A stretch of DNA of 25,665 nucleotides from positions 1-25,665 of the IMG/VR virus record IMGVR_UViG_3300028280_000511; one strand, given 5' to 3'. Shown piece after piece: positions 1-9,192 of this stretch. The notes below the pieces were generated by a model. The model did no database searches. It was given only the letters and a program-made list of their open reading frames with translations, and was not told where the DNA came from. The stretch comes from a virus. Taxonomy: Duplodnaviria > Caudoviricetes. Numbering within the stretch: the first letter of the stretch is position 1; every line of letters begins with the position of its first letter. The position numbers and the translations under genes are program-made.

Positions 1-824
1 TCGCTATTCAGCAAGTTGGTATTCATAACTTTAAGCTGCCTCTAAATTATGAGAAGCGTAATGGTAAGACTATTGAACTTGAAACTAGTGTTACTGGTAG
101 TGTGAGTTTAGAAGCTCATAAGAAAGGTATTAATATGTCTCGTATTATGCGTAGTTTCTATGATCATAAAGATGAAACCTTTAGTATTAGTAAAATTAAA
201 GACGTACTTACAACATATAAAGAGAATCTTAAGAGCTTTGACTCACGCATTATGCTTAAGATATCTTACCCAATCAAACAAACTAGTCTTCGTAGCGGTT
301 TAGAAGGTTATCAGTATTATGATGTTGTACTAGAGGGTGATCTTACTAAGGATGGTGAATTTAAAAAGTATCTTCATTTTGATTTTGTATATTCATCTGC
401 TTGTCCTTGTAGCTTTGAGCTCAGTGAGCATGCTGAGAAGTATCGTAATCGTGCTACAGTGCCTCATAGTCAGCGCAGTGTTGCACGCGTTAGTGTTAGA
501 TTTGAAGATAAGCTTTGGATTGAAGATCTTCAAGAGCTCTGCTTAGATGCTTTACAAACTGAAACGCAGGTAATGGTTAAGCGTGAAGATGAGCAAGCAT
601 TTGCTGAGAAGAATGGATCATACCTTAAGTTTGTTGAGGATGCTGTTCGCCTTCTCTATTCACGTCTAGATAAAGATGAACGAATTAAAGATTTTAAGAT
701 TGTAGCTTCTCATAACGAATCGCTTCATAGTCACAACGCTATTTCTGTAATAGTCAAAGGGATTGAAAATGGCTTCTCCGCTGGAGTTGCACGCGATGTC
801 TTTGAGTCAACAGGCTTGCGTTAG
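1..824 (+). CDS. folE2: GTP cyclohydrolase I type B (FolE2), 5'-truncated by the window edge
   Basis: The frame is open from position 3 ([14 protein letters not shown]...), upstream of the ORF-track start at 102. FolE2 motifs: [40 protein letters not shown]. Confidence 0.92.
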   Translation, partial: AIQQVGIHNFKLPLNYEKRNGKTIELETSVTGSVSLEAHKKGINMSRIMRSFYDHKDETFSISKIKDVLTTYKENLKSFDSRIMLKISYPIKQTSLRSGLEGYQYYDVVLEGDLTKDGEFKKYLHFDFVYSSACPCSFELSEHAEKYRNRATVPHSQRSVARVSVRFEDKLWIEDLQELCLDALQTETQVMVKREDEQAFAEKNGSYLKFVEDAVRLLYSRLDKDERIKDFKIVASHNESLHSHNAISVIVKGIENGFSAGVARDVFESTGLR

Positions 825-841
825 AAGGTAATACAATCTTT

Positions 842-874
842 AAAGAGTACCAGCTAGCTGGTACTCTTTTTTTT
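842..874 (+). terminator. Intrinsic terminator after folE2
   Basis: Perfect inverted repeat AAAGAGTACCAG-CTAG-CTGGTACTCTTT (842-869) running into a T-tract that ends at 874. Confidence 0.9.
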
Positions 875-894
875 ATTTAAATAAGGAACTTAGA

Positions 895-900
895 TATAAT
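895..900 (+). promoter_or_regulatory. -10 box (TATAAT) 5 nt before ATG 906
   Basis: TATAAT-taggt-ATG directly downstream of the terminator. No clear -35 box. Confidence 0.55.
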
Positions 901-905
901 TAGGT

Positions 906-1481
906 ATGAATATATTTACTACTAATGATTGTCCTGTTATCTCTGCTCATGAGATGTGTGATAAGCATGTTGTAAAGATGATTGTTGAATATGCTCAATT
1001 AATGTCAACTGCTCATCGTGTGTTAGATGGTAAGGAGTATTACGATAAAACTAAAGCTGGTCGTCGTATTAAGCGTTGGTTACATCCTGATAAGTTTCTA
1101 GAAAATAATCTCTACAAGGCATCTCATATTAAACATCCATCAGGTATTTGGTGTCGCTCAACAACTGGTAACTATAACTGGCTATACAATCATTTTATTG
1201 CTTCGTGTGAGGAATATACTCATAGGTATGGTAGGACTCATCTAACCTTTACAAAGTTAGCAGATATATTTCGTACACATCCTAAAAATTTACCAGACGG
1301 TCCTCGTCAAGAATTTGCAGTAGCTATTGCTGCAGATCAAACATGCAGGCAGTTACCTGGCTTTAATTCACTTAAGCCAGTGGATAAGTATAAACAATAT
1401 ATTATTAATGATAAGCCGTTTGCCGTCTGGACGTCTAGACAACCACCTCATTGGTTTAAGAACCAAGCTTATCGCAAATAA
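906..1481 (+). CDS. Pyrimidine dimer DNA glycosylase / endonuclease V-like family protein
   Basis: MNIF...CDKHVVKMIVEYAQLMSTAHR, LYKASHIKHPSGIW, NYNWLY...EEYTHRYG, and C-terminal W..R.PP.W. This matches the widespread phage Pyr_excise-like family. Confidence 0.7.
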   Translation: MNIFTTNDCPVISAHEMCDKHVVKMIVEYAQLMSTAHRVLDGKEYYDKTKAGRRIKRWLHPDKFLENNLYKASHIKHPSGIWCRSTTGNYNWLYNHFIASCEEYTHRYGRTHLTFTKLADIFRTHPKNLPDGPRQEFAVAIAADQTCRQLPGFNSLKPVDKYKQYIINDKPFAVWTSRQPPHWFKNQAYRK

Positions 1482-2178
1482 AGCGTAATATTTTGCTACG
1501 TACTATTTCCTCTACACCAAATTTATGAGTGTAAATGCCCCTTTCTTCACAATCTTCAGTTTTAAATCGTTTGAATACATCGCTAAATCCTGACTGTCTA
1601 ACGTCAGATTGGCCTGTATCACCGCATACAACATACTGACTATTACGACCAAAGCGTGTAAGGATAGTAGTAAGTTCACCTTTTGTTAAATTTTGCGCTT
1701 CATCTACAATAACGCACGTGTTATTAAATGTTAAACCTCTTACAAAGTTAACAGGTATAGCTTCTATTAATCCTTTGCTGCGTAACATCCCGCATGTACC
1801 TGGACCGGCAATTTCAGTAACTTTTTCAATTAACGGCATAGCATAAGGTGAAAACTTATCATCAATTTCACCAGGTAAAGATCCTAAACTTTTATCAGCA
1901 GATTCAACTACAGAACGAATGTATACTATTTTGTCAAATAAACCTTCTTTTAATTTCTCTAAAGCTGCATATACGGCAATATAAGTTTTAGCAGTACCTG
2001 CTAAACCATCAACAAATGACATTTGAGTAGATGTATCATGTAATCTGTTGTAAAAGTGCCTGTGCTTTGGTTTAAAATAAAATGGCTTCCTTATTTTAAA
2101 ATCCATAAGCCAGTTATCATTTAAAATATCTTCACCAATTTCAGAATGAGAGTTTATTTTTTTGTTTTGTCTACTCAT
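1456..2178 (-). CDS. phoH: PhoH-family ATPase
   Basis: Walker A-like GLAGTAKT, LGSLPGEIDDK, FVRGLTF, IVDEAQN, GDTGQSD, EIVRS. Confidence 0.93.
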   Translation of the reverse strand: MSRQNKKINSHSEIGEDILNDNWLMDFKIRKPFYFKPKHRHFYNRLHDTSTQMSFVDGLAGTAKTYIAVYAALEKLKEGLFDKIVYIRSVVESADKSLGSLPGEIDDKFSPYAMPLIEKVTEIAGPGTCGMLRSKGLIEAIPVNFVRGLTFNNTCVIVDEAQNLTKGELTTILTRFGRNSQYVVCGDTGQSDVRQSGFSDVFKRFKTEDCEERGIYTHKFGVEEIVRSKILRFICDKLGS

Positions 2179-2185
2179 ATAGAAT

Positions 2186-2191
2186 TATTTA
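2186..2191 (-). promoter_or_regulatory. T4-late-like box TAAATA 7 nt before the phoH ATG
   Basis: Minus strand reads TAAATA-attctat-ATG. Confidence 0.6.
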
Positions 2192-2247
2192 GGTACGAGT
2201 ATGCAAAAATCATAACAAATTAGTTTTATATAGTTTTGCTGATTTAG

Positions 2248-2275
2248 TTGAATATATTAGAAGCAATACTATAAT
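2248..2275 (+). promoter_or_regulatory. Sigma70-like promoter for queE
   Basis: (AG)TTGAAT-N16-TATAAT, followed by ATG at 2280 and a second in-frame ATG at 2283. Confidence 0.7.
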
Positions 2276-2279
2276 ATAC

Positions 2280-3041
2280 ATGATGGACCTTGATAAAGAA
2301 ACTCTAATTTTATCTGACGACAAGATCTTCTATACTATTGAAGGTGAGGGTGAATATGTTGGGCAGCGATCCCTATTCATGAGGATGGCGATGTGTAATC
2401 TAACGTGCATAGGCTTTGCGAGTGAAGATTCGCCACATGGTTGTGATTCTTTTATATCTTGGTCTGTAAAGAATAAGATGACCTTTAATGAGATCTTCAA
2501 GATGATGGAAGATAATAACTGGATTGAGAAGCTTGAAAAAGGTACAATCTGGAAATTAACTGGCGGTGAGCCTCTTATTCAGCAGAAGCAACTACTTAAA
2601 CTTGTAGATGAGTTTATTTATCGATATGGATTTACTCCTAAAATTGATTTTGAAACTAATGCTACTCTTATGCCTAATGAACGTTGGAAAGATGAATTTG
2701 GTGCTACATTTACTACCTCACCTAAGTTAACTACAAATGGTGATCCAGAAGAAAAAACTTATAAGCCGGAAGTACTTAAGTATCATAAGGAGATTGGATC
2801 AGGCTTTAAGTTTGTTATTAATGATCCTGATGCTGATATTAAAGAGATTTGGCGTAAGTATGTTGAAGATGATCACGGCATTAATGTTACTAGAGATCGT
2901 ATTTGGTTTATGCCTTGCGCTGGTTCTCGTGAAGAGCATATTGAGAATGCTATAGCTGTTGTTGAGTATGCTAAAGCAATGCATGTTCATTTTTCACCTC
3001 GACTTCATTTGCTAGTATGGGATATGGCTCTCAAGGTGTAA
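2280..3041 (+). CDS. queE: 7-carboxy-7-deazaguanine synthase QueE (radical SAM)
   Basis: FYTIEGEGEYVG, FMRMAMCNLTC...GCDS, LTGGEPLIQQ, FETNAT, SPKL, FKFVI, FSPRLH. The start may be the second ATG (2283). Confidence 0.85.
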   Translation: MMDLDKETLILSDDKIFYTIEGEGEYVGQRSLFMRMAMCNLTCIGFASEDSPHGCDSFISWSVKNKMTFNEIFKMMEDNNWIEKLEKGTIWKLTGGEPLIQQKQLLKLVDEFIYRYGFTPKIDFETNATLMPNERWKDEFGATFTTSPKLTTNGDPEEKTYKPEVLKYHKEIGSGFKFVINDPDADIKEIWRKYVEDDHGINVTRDRIWFMPCAGSREEHIENAIAVVEYAKAMHVHFSPRLHLLVWDMALKV

Positions 3042-3058
3042 TGAACAATATTCATTTC

Positions 3059-3086
3059 TTGATAATTTTTAACTGAGTAGTAAATA
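3059..3086 (+). promoter_or_regulatory. TTGATA-N16-TAAATA promoter 5 nt before ATG 3092
   Basis: Near-identical to 17779-17806. Confidence 0.65.
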
Positions 3087-3091
3087 ACAGT

Positions 3092-3850
3092 ATGAGAATT
3101 GCTTTTAGTGGTACAGCAAATAGCGGTAAGTCGACAATGATAAAGAGTTTTCTACACACGTGGACAAATTACGAATTATCAGAAGATACGTATCATGATA
3201 CACTTGAAGAAAAGGGCCTAGATCATTCATCTAAGACTACTCCGGAAACTCAAACAGTTATACTAGATTTTTTAGTTGATCAAGTACAGGGTAAGTCGGT
3301 TACAGATAATATCGTATATGATAGATGTTCGTTAGATGCTATTGCATACACAATGTGGGCAAATGGTAAAGGTATTGAAGGATTTACGGATGACTTTGTT
3401 AAGAAACAAATTACTATGTCGCGTGAATCGTTACGATCATTAGATATTATCTTTATGACACGATTTAATGAGCAACAAGCGGTTGTTGATAATGGTATTC
3501 GTGATACAAATGTTGAGTTTATTAAGGAAATAGATAATATATTTTACACTCTATATATGCAGTATATGACCCAAGCAGATGCTGATGTATTTTATCCTAA
3601 AGGTGACTCGCCATGCGTAATATTATTACCAAATGATCCTCAGCAGCGTATCGAACTAATAGCTGAGTATGTAACACCTGAAGGTGGCATGTATGGTGAT
3701 GAAGAATCTATTTTAAATCCAAATAATATTGACGATCTTGAGTCATTAGTTCGTATGCAAAAGGCAGAACTAGATAGAGAAGAGAAAGAAAAGGAACTCT
3801 TTAAACAATTTGGTTTAAAGCAAGGAGATACCGATCGCCTTAGCTTTTAA
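3092..3850 (+). CDS. P-loop NTPase/kinase (AAA_28 / NadR-Ttd14-like, nucleotide-kinase fold)
   Basis: N-terminal RIAFSGTANSGKST (Walker A), IVYDRCSLD (DR motif), DNGIRD lid motif, charged C-terminal helix. Confidence 0.7.
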   Translation: MRIAFSGTANSGKSTMIKSFLHTWTNYELSEDTYHDTLEEKGLDHSSKTTPETQTVILDFLVDQVQGKSVTDNIVYDRCSLDAIAYTMWANGKGIEGFTDDFVKKQITMSRESLRSLDIIFMTRFNEQQAVVDNGIRDTNVEFIKEIDNIFYTLYMQYMTQADADVFYPKGDSPCVILLPNDPQQRIELIAEYVTPEGGMYGDEESILNPNNIDDLESLVRMQKAELDREEKEKELFKQFGLKQGDTDRLSF

Positions 3851-4443
3851 AATGTCTGTATTTGGAATCCTATAGCGGAACTAGTCAAAGTATAGGCAAT
3901 CGAACCATTATCTATATTAATAGCACTTAAATCAACATAGTTTGTTGCTTTATCCGACTCTACAAACTGTACAAATTTTTGTGAAGAAGTTTCTAAAACT
4001 GGTGCAGATGGTAAAATAATATAATTTGTGTTAGAGAAATTATTTTCAAAGTTAAATCTTACAACGTGAGAAGCAACAACATATTCAACAGACGCAATAT
4101 TAGTACTCGCTACAGTTACTGCAGAAAATTCATTATCACCAGATAGAGTAATAAGAGCTTTTGTATTACTACCCACAACCGAAGCACTCAATTCTGACAT
4201 ATCTGTGTTAACTTGATTAGAAAGAGAAACAAAATTAGATGAAAGAGAGTCGATATCAGTGGTATGTTGTGTAATTGTTGTACCAAACGTCGTATTATCT
4301 AAACCAATTATAAAATTGGCAAAATCCATAATATTTGTACCCTCGTCTGTCTCAATTAAAAGCAAATCACCGTCGGCTACAGAAAACGTTTCAGGTAATT
4401 CTTTAATATTGTAGATTAAATTTTTATTATCAACGCACGGCAT
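3847..4443 (-). CDS. Probable virion (tail/fibre-associated) protein
   Basis: Ser/Thr/Asn-rich with a short coiled segment. The C-terminal beta domain NIASVEY...RFNFENNFSNTNY resembles phage fibre C-terminal domains. Preceded by a perfect TATAAATA box. Confidence 0.5.
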   Translation of the reverse strand: MPCVDNKNLIYNIKELPETFSVADGDLLLIETDEGTNIMDFANFIIGLDNTTFGTTITQHTTDIDSLSSNFVSLSNQVNTDMSELSASVVGSNTKALITLSGDNEFSAVTVASTNIASVEYVVASHVVRFNFENNFSNTNYIILPSAPVLETSSQKFVQFVESDKATNYVDLSAINIDNGSIAYTLTSSAIGFQIQTF

Positions 4444-4448
4444 ATCTA

Positions 4449-4456
4449 TATTTATA
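4449..4456 (-). promoter_or_regulatory. T4 late promoter consensus TATAAATA
   Basis: Minus strand reads TATAAATA-tagat-ATG(4443). Confidence 0.75.
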
Positions 4457-4457
4457 G

Positions 4458-4485
4458 TTGAAATAGCGTTTTTGGAGTATAAAAT
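4458..4485 (+). promoter_or_regulatory. Sigma70-like promoter at the head of the glycan island
   Basis: (AG)TTGAAA-N16-TAAAAT, 7 nt before ATG 4493. Back-to-back with the late box on the other strand. Confidence 0.65.
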
Positions 4486-4492
4486 ATAAGTA

Positions 4493-5332
4493 ATGAGTAA
4501 GATTGGTGTAGGTATTATAACATGTGATAGGGTAAATATGTTTAATGTTTGCTTTGAGTCTCTCAGCGATGAATGGTATGATGAGTTAGTAGTAGTTGAT
4601 GATGGGAGAAAGGAATATCCTTTAAAAAGGCGTGGTGCGGAATTTATACGTACATCGGGAGGAGTAGGTGTAGGTAAGGCGAAGAATGCTGCTATACAGA
4701 ATCTATTGGATAAGGATTGTGATTATATTATTCTTGTTGAAGATGATATGAAATTTACTGGTAATTTGTTTGCAGAGTATATACGCGCTTATAAAACAAC
4801 TGGCATTCATCACTTTATGTTTGCATATCATGGTCCTGCTAATAAAGCTGGTATTAGTTACGGTAAGCCGGTACCTAGGTTGGTTTTCGATTACGGTCCA
4901 TTTGATGAAGTACGTATCGCCCTTAATCAGCATTGTGTTGGTGCTGTTACCTTCTATACGAGAGAATCTTTAGAAGAGGTTGGTCTATATGATGAAAACT
5001 TTACTAATGCATTCGAGCACGTTGATCATTCTTATCAATTAGCCAAAAATGGTTTCAGTACACCGTACTGGTGGTGGGCAGATATTGCCAACAGTTTAGA
5101 TTTTGTACAAGAGCAGAAGTGTTCAGAAGACTCTTCAGCTATTAGACCACGATCAGATTGGCAATCTAACATTCAACAAGCAGCACAATATTTTATGAAA
5201 AAGAATAATGTATCACCAGTGAAAGTCCCTGATACTCCACAGCAAGAAGTTGTAGAGATTATTAAACGTTATCAAAAAATAATTAATGAAAAAAGATCTA
5301 AAAGAAAAGCTAACGTTTCTGATAGCCGCTAA
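4493..5332 (+). CDS. Glycosyltransferase family 2 (GT-A fold)
   Basis: VGIITCDR, LVVVDDG, GVGKAKN, ILVEDD (DxD-like), VGLYDENF..AFEHVD. Confidence 0.85.
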   Translation: MSKIGVGIITCDRVNMFNVCFESLSDEWYDELVVVDDGRKEYPLKRRGAEFIRTSGGVGVGKAKNAAIQNLLDKDCDYIILVEDDMKFTGNLFAEYIRAYKTTGIHHFMFAYHGPANKAGISYGKPVPRLVFDYGPFDEVRIALNQHCVGAVTFYTRESLEEVGLYDENFTNAFEHVDHSYQLAKNGFSTPYWWWADIANSLDFVQEQKCSEDSSAIRPRSDWQSNIQQAAQYFMKKNNVSPVKVPDTPQQEVVEIIKRYQKIINEKRSKRKANVSDSR

Positions 5333-6068
5333 GGTAGATCATGAAGATCGTATTCGTAATATTCGAACGACTTTATCTTATCTACGGCATCACTTTGATG
5401 CTAATATTGTTATTAGCGAACAGGATACATCAAGTAAGCTACACGATATGTGTAAGGCTTTTAAGTGTCGTCACATCTATATTGAAACAGATGAATTTTT
5501 TAATAGGCAGCGAGGAGTTAACCTTGCAGCAAAAGAGGCAACTACTCCTGTTATTGCTCATTATGATGCCGATATTCTCTTAAGACCTGAACAGATTGTT
5601 GGAGCTACTGAAGCAATTATAAATAAACAAGCACAATTAGTATATCCATACGATGGAAACTTCTACGATGTACCGGAAACGTATTTTGATATTATTAATG
5701 AAACAAAAGATCTCCGCAATGTGGATTTAAATGATTGCACTCTATTTAATCCGCATTCAGTAGGTGGGGTTGTAATGTTTGATAGAGAGCATTATTGGAA
5801 ATGTGGTGGAGCTAATGAGCATTTTAAGAGTGTTGGTTATGAAGATAATGAAATTAATGCTCGATTTAAAATTTTAGGTACTAAAATTATGCGTACGCAA
5901 TGGCCATTATGGCATCTTACACATGCTAGAGGAGATACTTCCTTTAATCATAATCCATATATTAATTTTAATAGAGATTATTGCTTGGAAATTCAGAATA
6001 TGAATAAAGTAAAGTTGCAAGAGCATATCGATCAATGGGACTGGCATAAAGATATTTTAGTAGGATGA
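5286..6068 (+). CDS. Glycosyltransferase, GT2/GT7C (galactosyltransferase-like C-terminal domain)
   Basis: FNRQRGVN, HYDADI (DxD), GGVVMF...GGANEHFKSVGYEDNE, LWHLTH. Confidence 0.8.
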   Translation: MKKDLKEKLTFLIAAKVDHEDRIRNIRTTLSYLRHHFDANIVISEQDTSSKLHDMCKAFKCRHIYIETDEFFNRQRGVNLAAKEATTPVIAHYDADILLRPEQIVGATEAIINKQAQLVYPYDGNFYDVPETYFDIINETKDLRNVDLNDCTLFNPHSVGGVVMFDREHYWKCGGANEHFKSVGYEDNEINARFKILGTKIMRTQWPLWHLTHARGDTSFNHNPYINFNRDYCLEIQNMNKVKLQEHIDQWDWHKDILVG

Positions 6069-6856
6069 TAACTTCAACGAGGATAGGAAGATATGGAAAC
6101 CTCTGCAATAGCATGTTTCAGTTTGCAGCTGTATTGGGTATGGCCAAAAAATGCAATTATGAAGTAGCAATACCTCATAATAAAACGTATTACGATGTAA
6201 ATTATGAATGTAATAATACATCTATCTTTGATGGATTTGATATTAGTATACCAACTCTAGAATCAAAGACCTCAACATTTACAGAAGTTGAGTTTCCATT
6301 TCATTATGTTGATCATAAAGTGGACGACTTTACAGATATGGTTGGTTATTTTCAGTCTGAACGTTATTTTGAAAATGCTATAGAGGAAGTAAGAGCTCAA
6401 TTTCAATTTAAACAAGAGATTAAAGATAGAATTGATTTTAGCAAATATCCAGAACCATCTAGATGTACGTCTCTGCATATTAGATTAGGGGATTATATGA
6501 AGAAGAGGCATTACCATCCGATGCTACCATCAGCTTATTGGCGAAATGCTGTTAAGGAAGCTGGATTAGATTACATTGTTATCTTTTCAGATGATATCGA
6601 GCATGCAAAGAGAATGTTTGGAGAAACAGATCAGATAGTTTATTCGAAAGAAAAAAATCCATTTGAAGCACTATATCATATGTCGTTGTGTAAAAATAAT
6701 ATTATTTGTAATTCGACATTTGGTTGGTGGGGGGCATGGCTAGGTGAGTCTAAAGCAAATAACAAGATTGTTACAGCTCCGGAAATATGGCTAGGACCTG
6801 GCCATACTACATATAATCCTAAAGACATTATTCCAAACAGATGGCTAAAACTTTAA
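6065..6856 (+). CDS. GT11 alpha-1,2-fucosyl/colitosyltransferase
   Basis: GNLCNSMFQFA, GYFQSERYF, LHIRLGDY, IFSDD, NSTFGWWGAWL. Confidence 0.9.
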   Translation: MITSTRIGRYGNLCNSMFQFAAVLGMAKKCNYEVAIPHNKTYYDVNYECNNTSIFDGFDISIPTLESKTSTFTEVEFPFHYVDHKVDDFTDMVGYFQSERYFENAIEEVRAQFQFKQEIKDRIDFSKYPEPSRCTSLHIRLGDYMKKRHYHPMLPSAYWRNAVKEAGLDYIVIFSDDIEHAKRMFGETDQIVYSKEKNPFEALYHMSLCKNNIICNSTFGWWGAWLGESKANNKIVTAPEIWLGPGHTTYNPKDIIPNRWLKL

Positions 6857-7659
6857 AAATATATTTACAAGATTCTGCTTTTGCACATTGTATATTTTCT
6901 AATAATCCAATGCCACCTAAGCAACTTACAGATAAAGTTGAATGGGTAAGAGAAGATACATATAGCTCAGAAGATATTGTTGTCTGGACAGATATAGATA
7001 TTCCATCCTCACTTTACAGACCAGGTTCAAACATTGCATGGTTAGTGGAAGCGTGGGATCACATACCAGATTTATATAATTTTGTTCAACGACACTCCAA
7101 TAAATTTAAAGCTATTTGGACACATGATAAAGTTCTCTTAGAGACATGTCCTAACGCTGTTAAATTACCATTTGGTGGTTGCTGGATTGATGAGTTTGAT
7201 TGGGGTATACATAGTAAATCTAAACAATTTTCGATTATTGCGTCAGCTAAAAGACAACATCCAGGTCACATTCAGCGACATCAAATCATTGCAGGTGCTG
7301 GAGATAAAGTAGATATCTTTGGAGGAGGCTATAATCCGCTAAAAGACAAAATTGAGGGGTTAAAAGATTACAGATATCATTTTTGTATAGAGAATATTAA
7401 ACGTGATTATTGGTTTACAGAGAAACTTATAGATTGTTTTGTAACTGGTACTATACCATTATATTGGGGATGTCCTTCTATTGGTGATTTTTTTAATACA
7501 GACGGTATGATTTGTTATAATGAGGTAAAAGAGTTACCTGATATCTTGCAAACTTGTAATGAGGAACTATACTTAAGTAAAATGGATGCTATAAAAGAGA
7601 ACTTTGAATTAGCTAAAAAGTATAGACTAGCAGAAGAAACAATACCATATATTATATGA
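6841..7659 (+). CDS. GT10 alpha-1,3/4-fucosyltransferase-like
   Basis: GT10 signature YRYHFCIEN...YWFTEKLIDCFVTGTIPLYWG. Confidence 0.85.
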   Translation: MAKTLKIYLQDSAFAHCIFSNNPMPPKQLTDKVEWVREDTYSSEDIVVWTDIDIPSSLYRPGSNIAWLVEAWDHIPDLYNFVQRHSNKFKAIWTHDKVLLETCPNAVKLPFGGCWIDEFDWGIHSKSKQFSIIASAKRQHPGHIQRHQIIAGAGDKVDIFGGGYNPLKDKIEGLKDYRYHFCIENIKRDYWFTEKLIDCFVTGTIPLYWGCPSIGDFFNTDGMICYNEVKELPDILQTCNEELYLSKMDAIKENFELAKKYRLAEETIPYII

Positions 7660-8561
7660 AAATATTAGTTACAGGAGGAACAGGAATGGTCGGTAAACAT
7701 CTACAAGAGTTGTTTTCACCTGATGAAATTTGGTATGAAAAAGTTATATTTATTGGGTCAAATGAATATGATCTTACTAAAAAGCTTGATGTGAGGAATA
7801 TGTTTGCAAAGTATAAACCTCATACAGTAATTCATCTTGCTGCTAAGGTTGGTGGTATTCAAGATAACATTGCGCATCCTGTAGAGTTTCTTCAAGATAA
7901 TCTCTTAATAAATTCTAATGTAGTTTTAGAAGCACAAAAATATAATGTAAAGAAATTTATTGGTATTGGCAGTACGTGTGCGTATCCTAATAAAGTAGAA
8001 AATTATCCAATGACTGAAGATATGCTTCATATAGGAGAACCTGCTTCTTCTAACTTCGGATATGGTTATGCGAAAAGAATGCTAGCAGTACACCTTAAAA
8101 CCATACGTGACAGTAAAGGGTTAGATTATTTTACAATTTTTCCTAGTAACTTGTATAGTGAGTTTGATAATTTTGAAGATGATACAAAGGCTCATTTTGT
8201 AACTGCACTACTAAAGAAGATTAAAGATAGTGACGGTACTGTTTCTTTATTAGGTACCGGTTTGCCTTTACGTCAATTTATTCATGCTGAAGATCTTGCA
8301 AGGATTATTATGAAGTGTCTTGATAGAGTAGTTAAAACAGACTTTAATGTTTGCGATGATAATAAGTCAATTAGAGGTATTGCTGAAGCTGCTCTTTATG
8401 CTACAGTCAATAAACATCTCGAATTAAAATTTGATAATGATAAGCTTAAAGATGGTCAATATAGAAAAGATTGCTCCAATAAAAAGATGTTAGAACTTTT
8501 TCCAGGCTTTCAATTTATTCCTCTTGAAAATGGACTAAAACGAGTTTATAATGCTCTTTAG
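7656..8561 (+). CDS. fcl: GDP-L-fucose synthase / GDP-colitose synthase (Fcl/WcaG/ColC family epimerase-reductase)
   Basis: TGGTGMVG, HLAAKVGGI, GSTCAYP (catalytic Cys), YGYAKR, AHFVTAL (catalytic His), GTGLPLRQFIHAEDLA. Confidence 0.85.
   Translation: MKILVTGGTGMVGKHLQELFSPDEIWYEKVIFIGSNEYDLTKKLDVRNMFAKYKPHTVIHLAAKVGGIQDNIAHPVEFLQDNLLINSNVVLEAQKYNVKKFIGIGSTCAYPNKVENYPMTEDMLHIGEPASSNFGYGYAKRMLAVHLKTIRDSKGLDYFTIFPSNLYSEFDNFEDDTKAHFVTALLKKIKDSDGTVSLLGTGLPLRQFIHAEDLARIIMKCLDRVVKTDFNVCDDNKSIRGIAEAALYATVNKHLELKFDNDKLKDGQYRKDCSNKKMLELFPGFQFIPLENGLKRVYNAL
8524..8552 (+). promoter_or_regulatory. Sigma70 promoter for thyX, embedded in the fcl 3' end
   Basis: TTGAAA-N17-TATAAT, 9 nt before ATG 8562. 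Confidence 0.7.
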
Positions 8562-9182
8562 ATGAATACCGTTGAGCTTTTAGGTTATTATGGGTCAGAT
8601 GAAACAATTGCGTGTAGTGCGTGGACATCAACTAGTAGAGAATTAGATGAAAAGAAAAGAGAGAGAATTCCGAAGCTCATCAACATGCTTTGGCGCGAGG
8701 GACACGAAACCCCTTTTGAGAAGGGTAGCGTCCATTTCCTTGTTGATTGTGATATTGCCAGTCATATTCATTTACTTAAGCATAGAATATCTTCGCTCAA
8801 TGCTGAGTCGGCGAGATACAAAGAATTGAAAGAGGATAAGACGTTTATTCCTGACGATTGGCCAGAAGAGTGGAAGATAGAACTTGAAGTTTATACAGCG
8901 GCAGGTAATACTTTATATCATGAGGCTATTAAAGCGTTAGAACCGTCTCTTGGACGCAAAAGAGCTAAAGAAAGTGCGCGCTTTTTTAAGACTTATAATA
9001 GTAAAATTCAATCTGATATTATGTTTAACATGAGAAGTTTTGCTAACTTTCAGAAGCTTCGTAATAGTGAACATGCACAAAAGGAGATTCGTGAGATTGC
9101 TCAACTTATGATTGATCTTGTAAGAGAAATTCCTGATAATCCTTTCAAACATACACTTGCAATCTGGGAAAATACTCTATAA
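8562..9182 (+). CDS. thyX: Flavin-dependent thymidylate synthase ThyX
   Basis: GHETPFE, KHRISSLNAESARY (xHR-X7-S motif), KESAR, NMRSFANF, HAQKEIR. Confidence 0.93.
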   Translation: MNTVELLGYYGSDETIACSAWTSTSRELDEKKRERIPKLINMLWREGHETPFEKGSVHFLVDCDIASHIHLLKHRISSLNAESARYKELKEDKTFIPDDWPEEWKIELEVYTAAGNTLYHEAIKALEPSLGRKRAKESARFFKTYNSKIQSDIMFNMRSFANFQKLRNSEHAQKEIREIAQLMIDLVREIPDNPFKHTLAIWENTL

Positions 9183-9183
9183 T
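9157..9183 (+). promoter_or_regulatory. Possible promoter for the epimerase gene
   Basis: TTGCAA-N15-TATAAT, then aaaggagct-ATG(9193). The spacer is short. Confidence 0.45.
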
Positions 9184-9192
9184 AAAGGAGCT

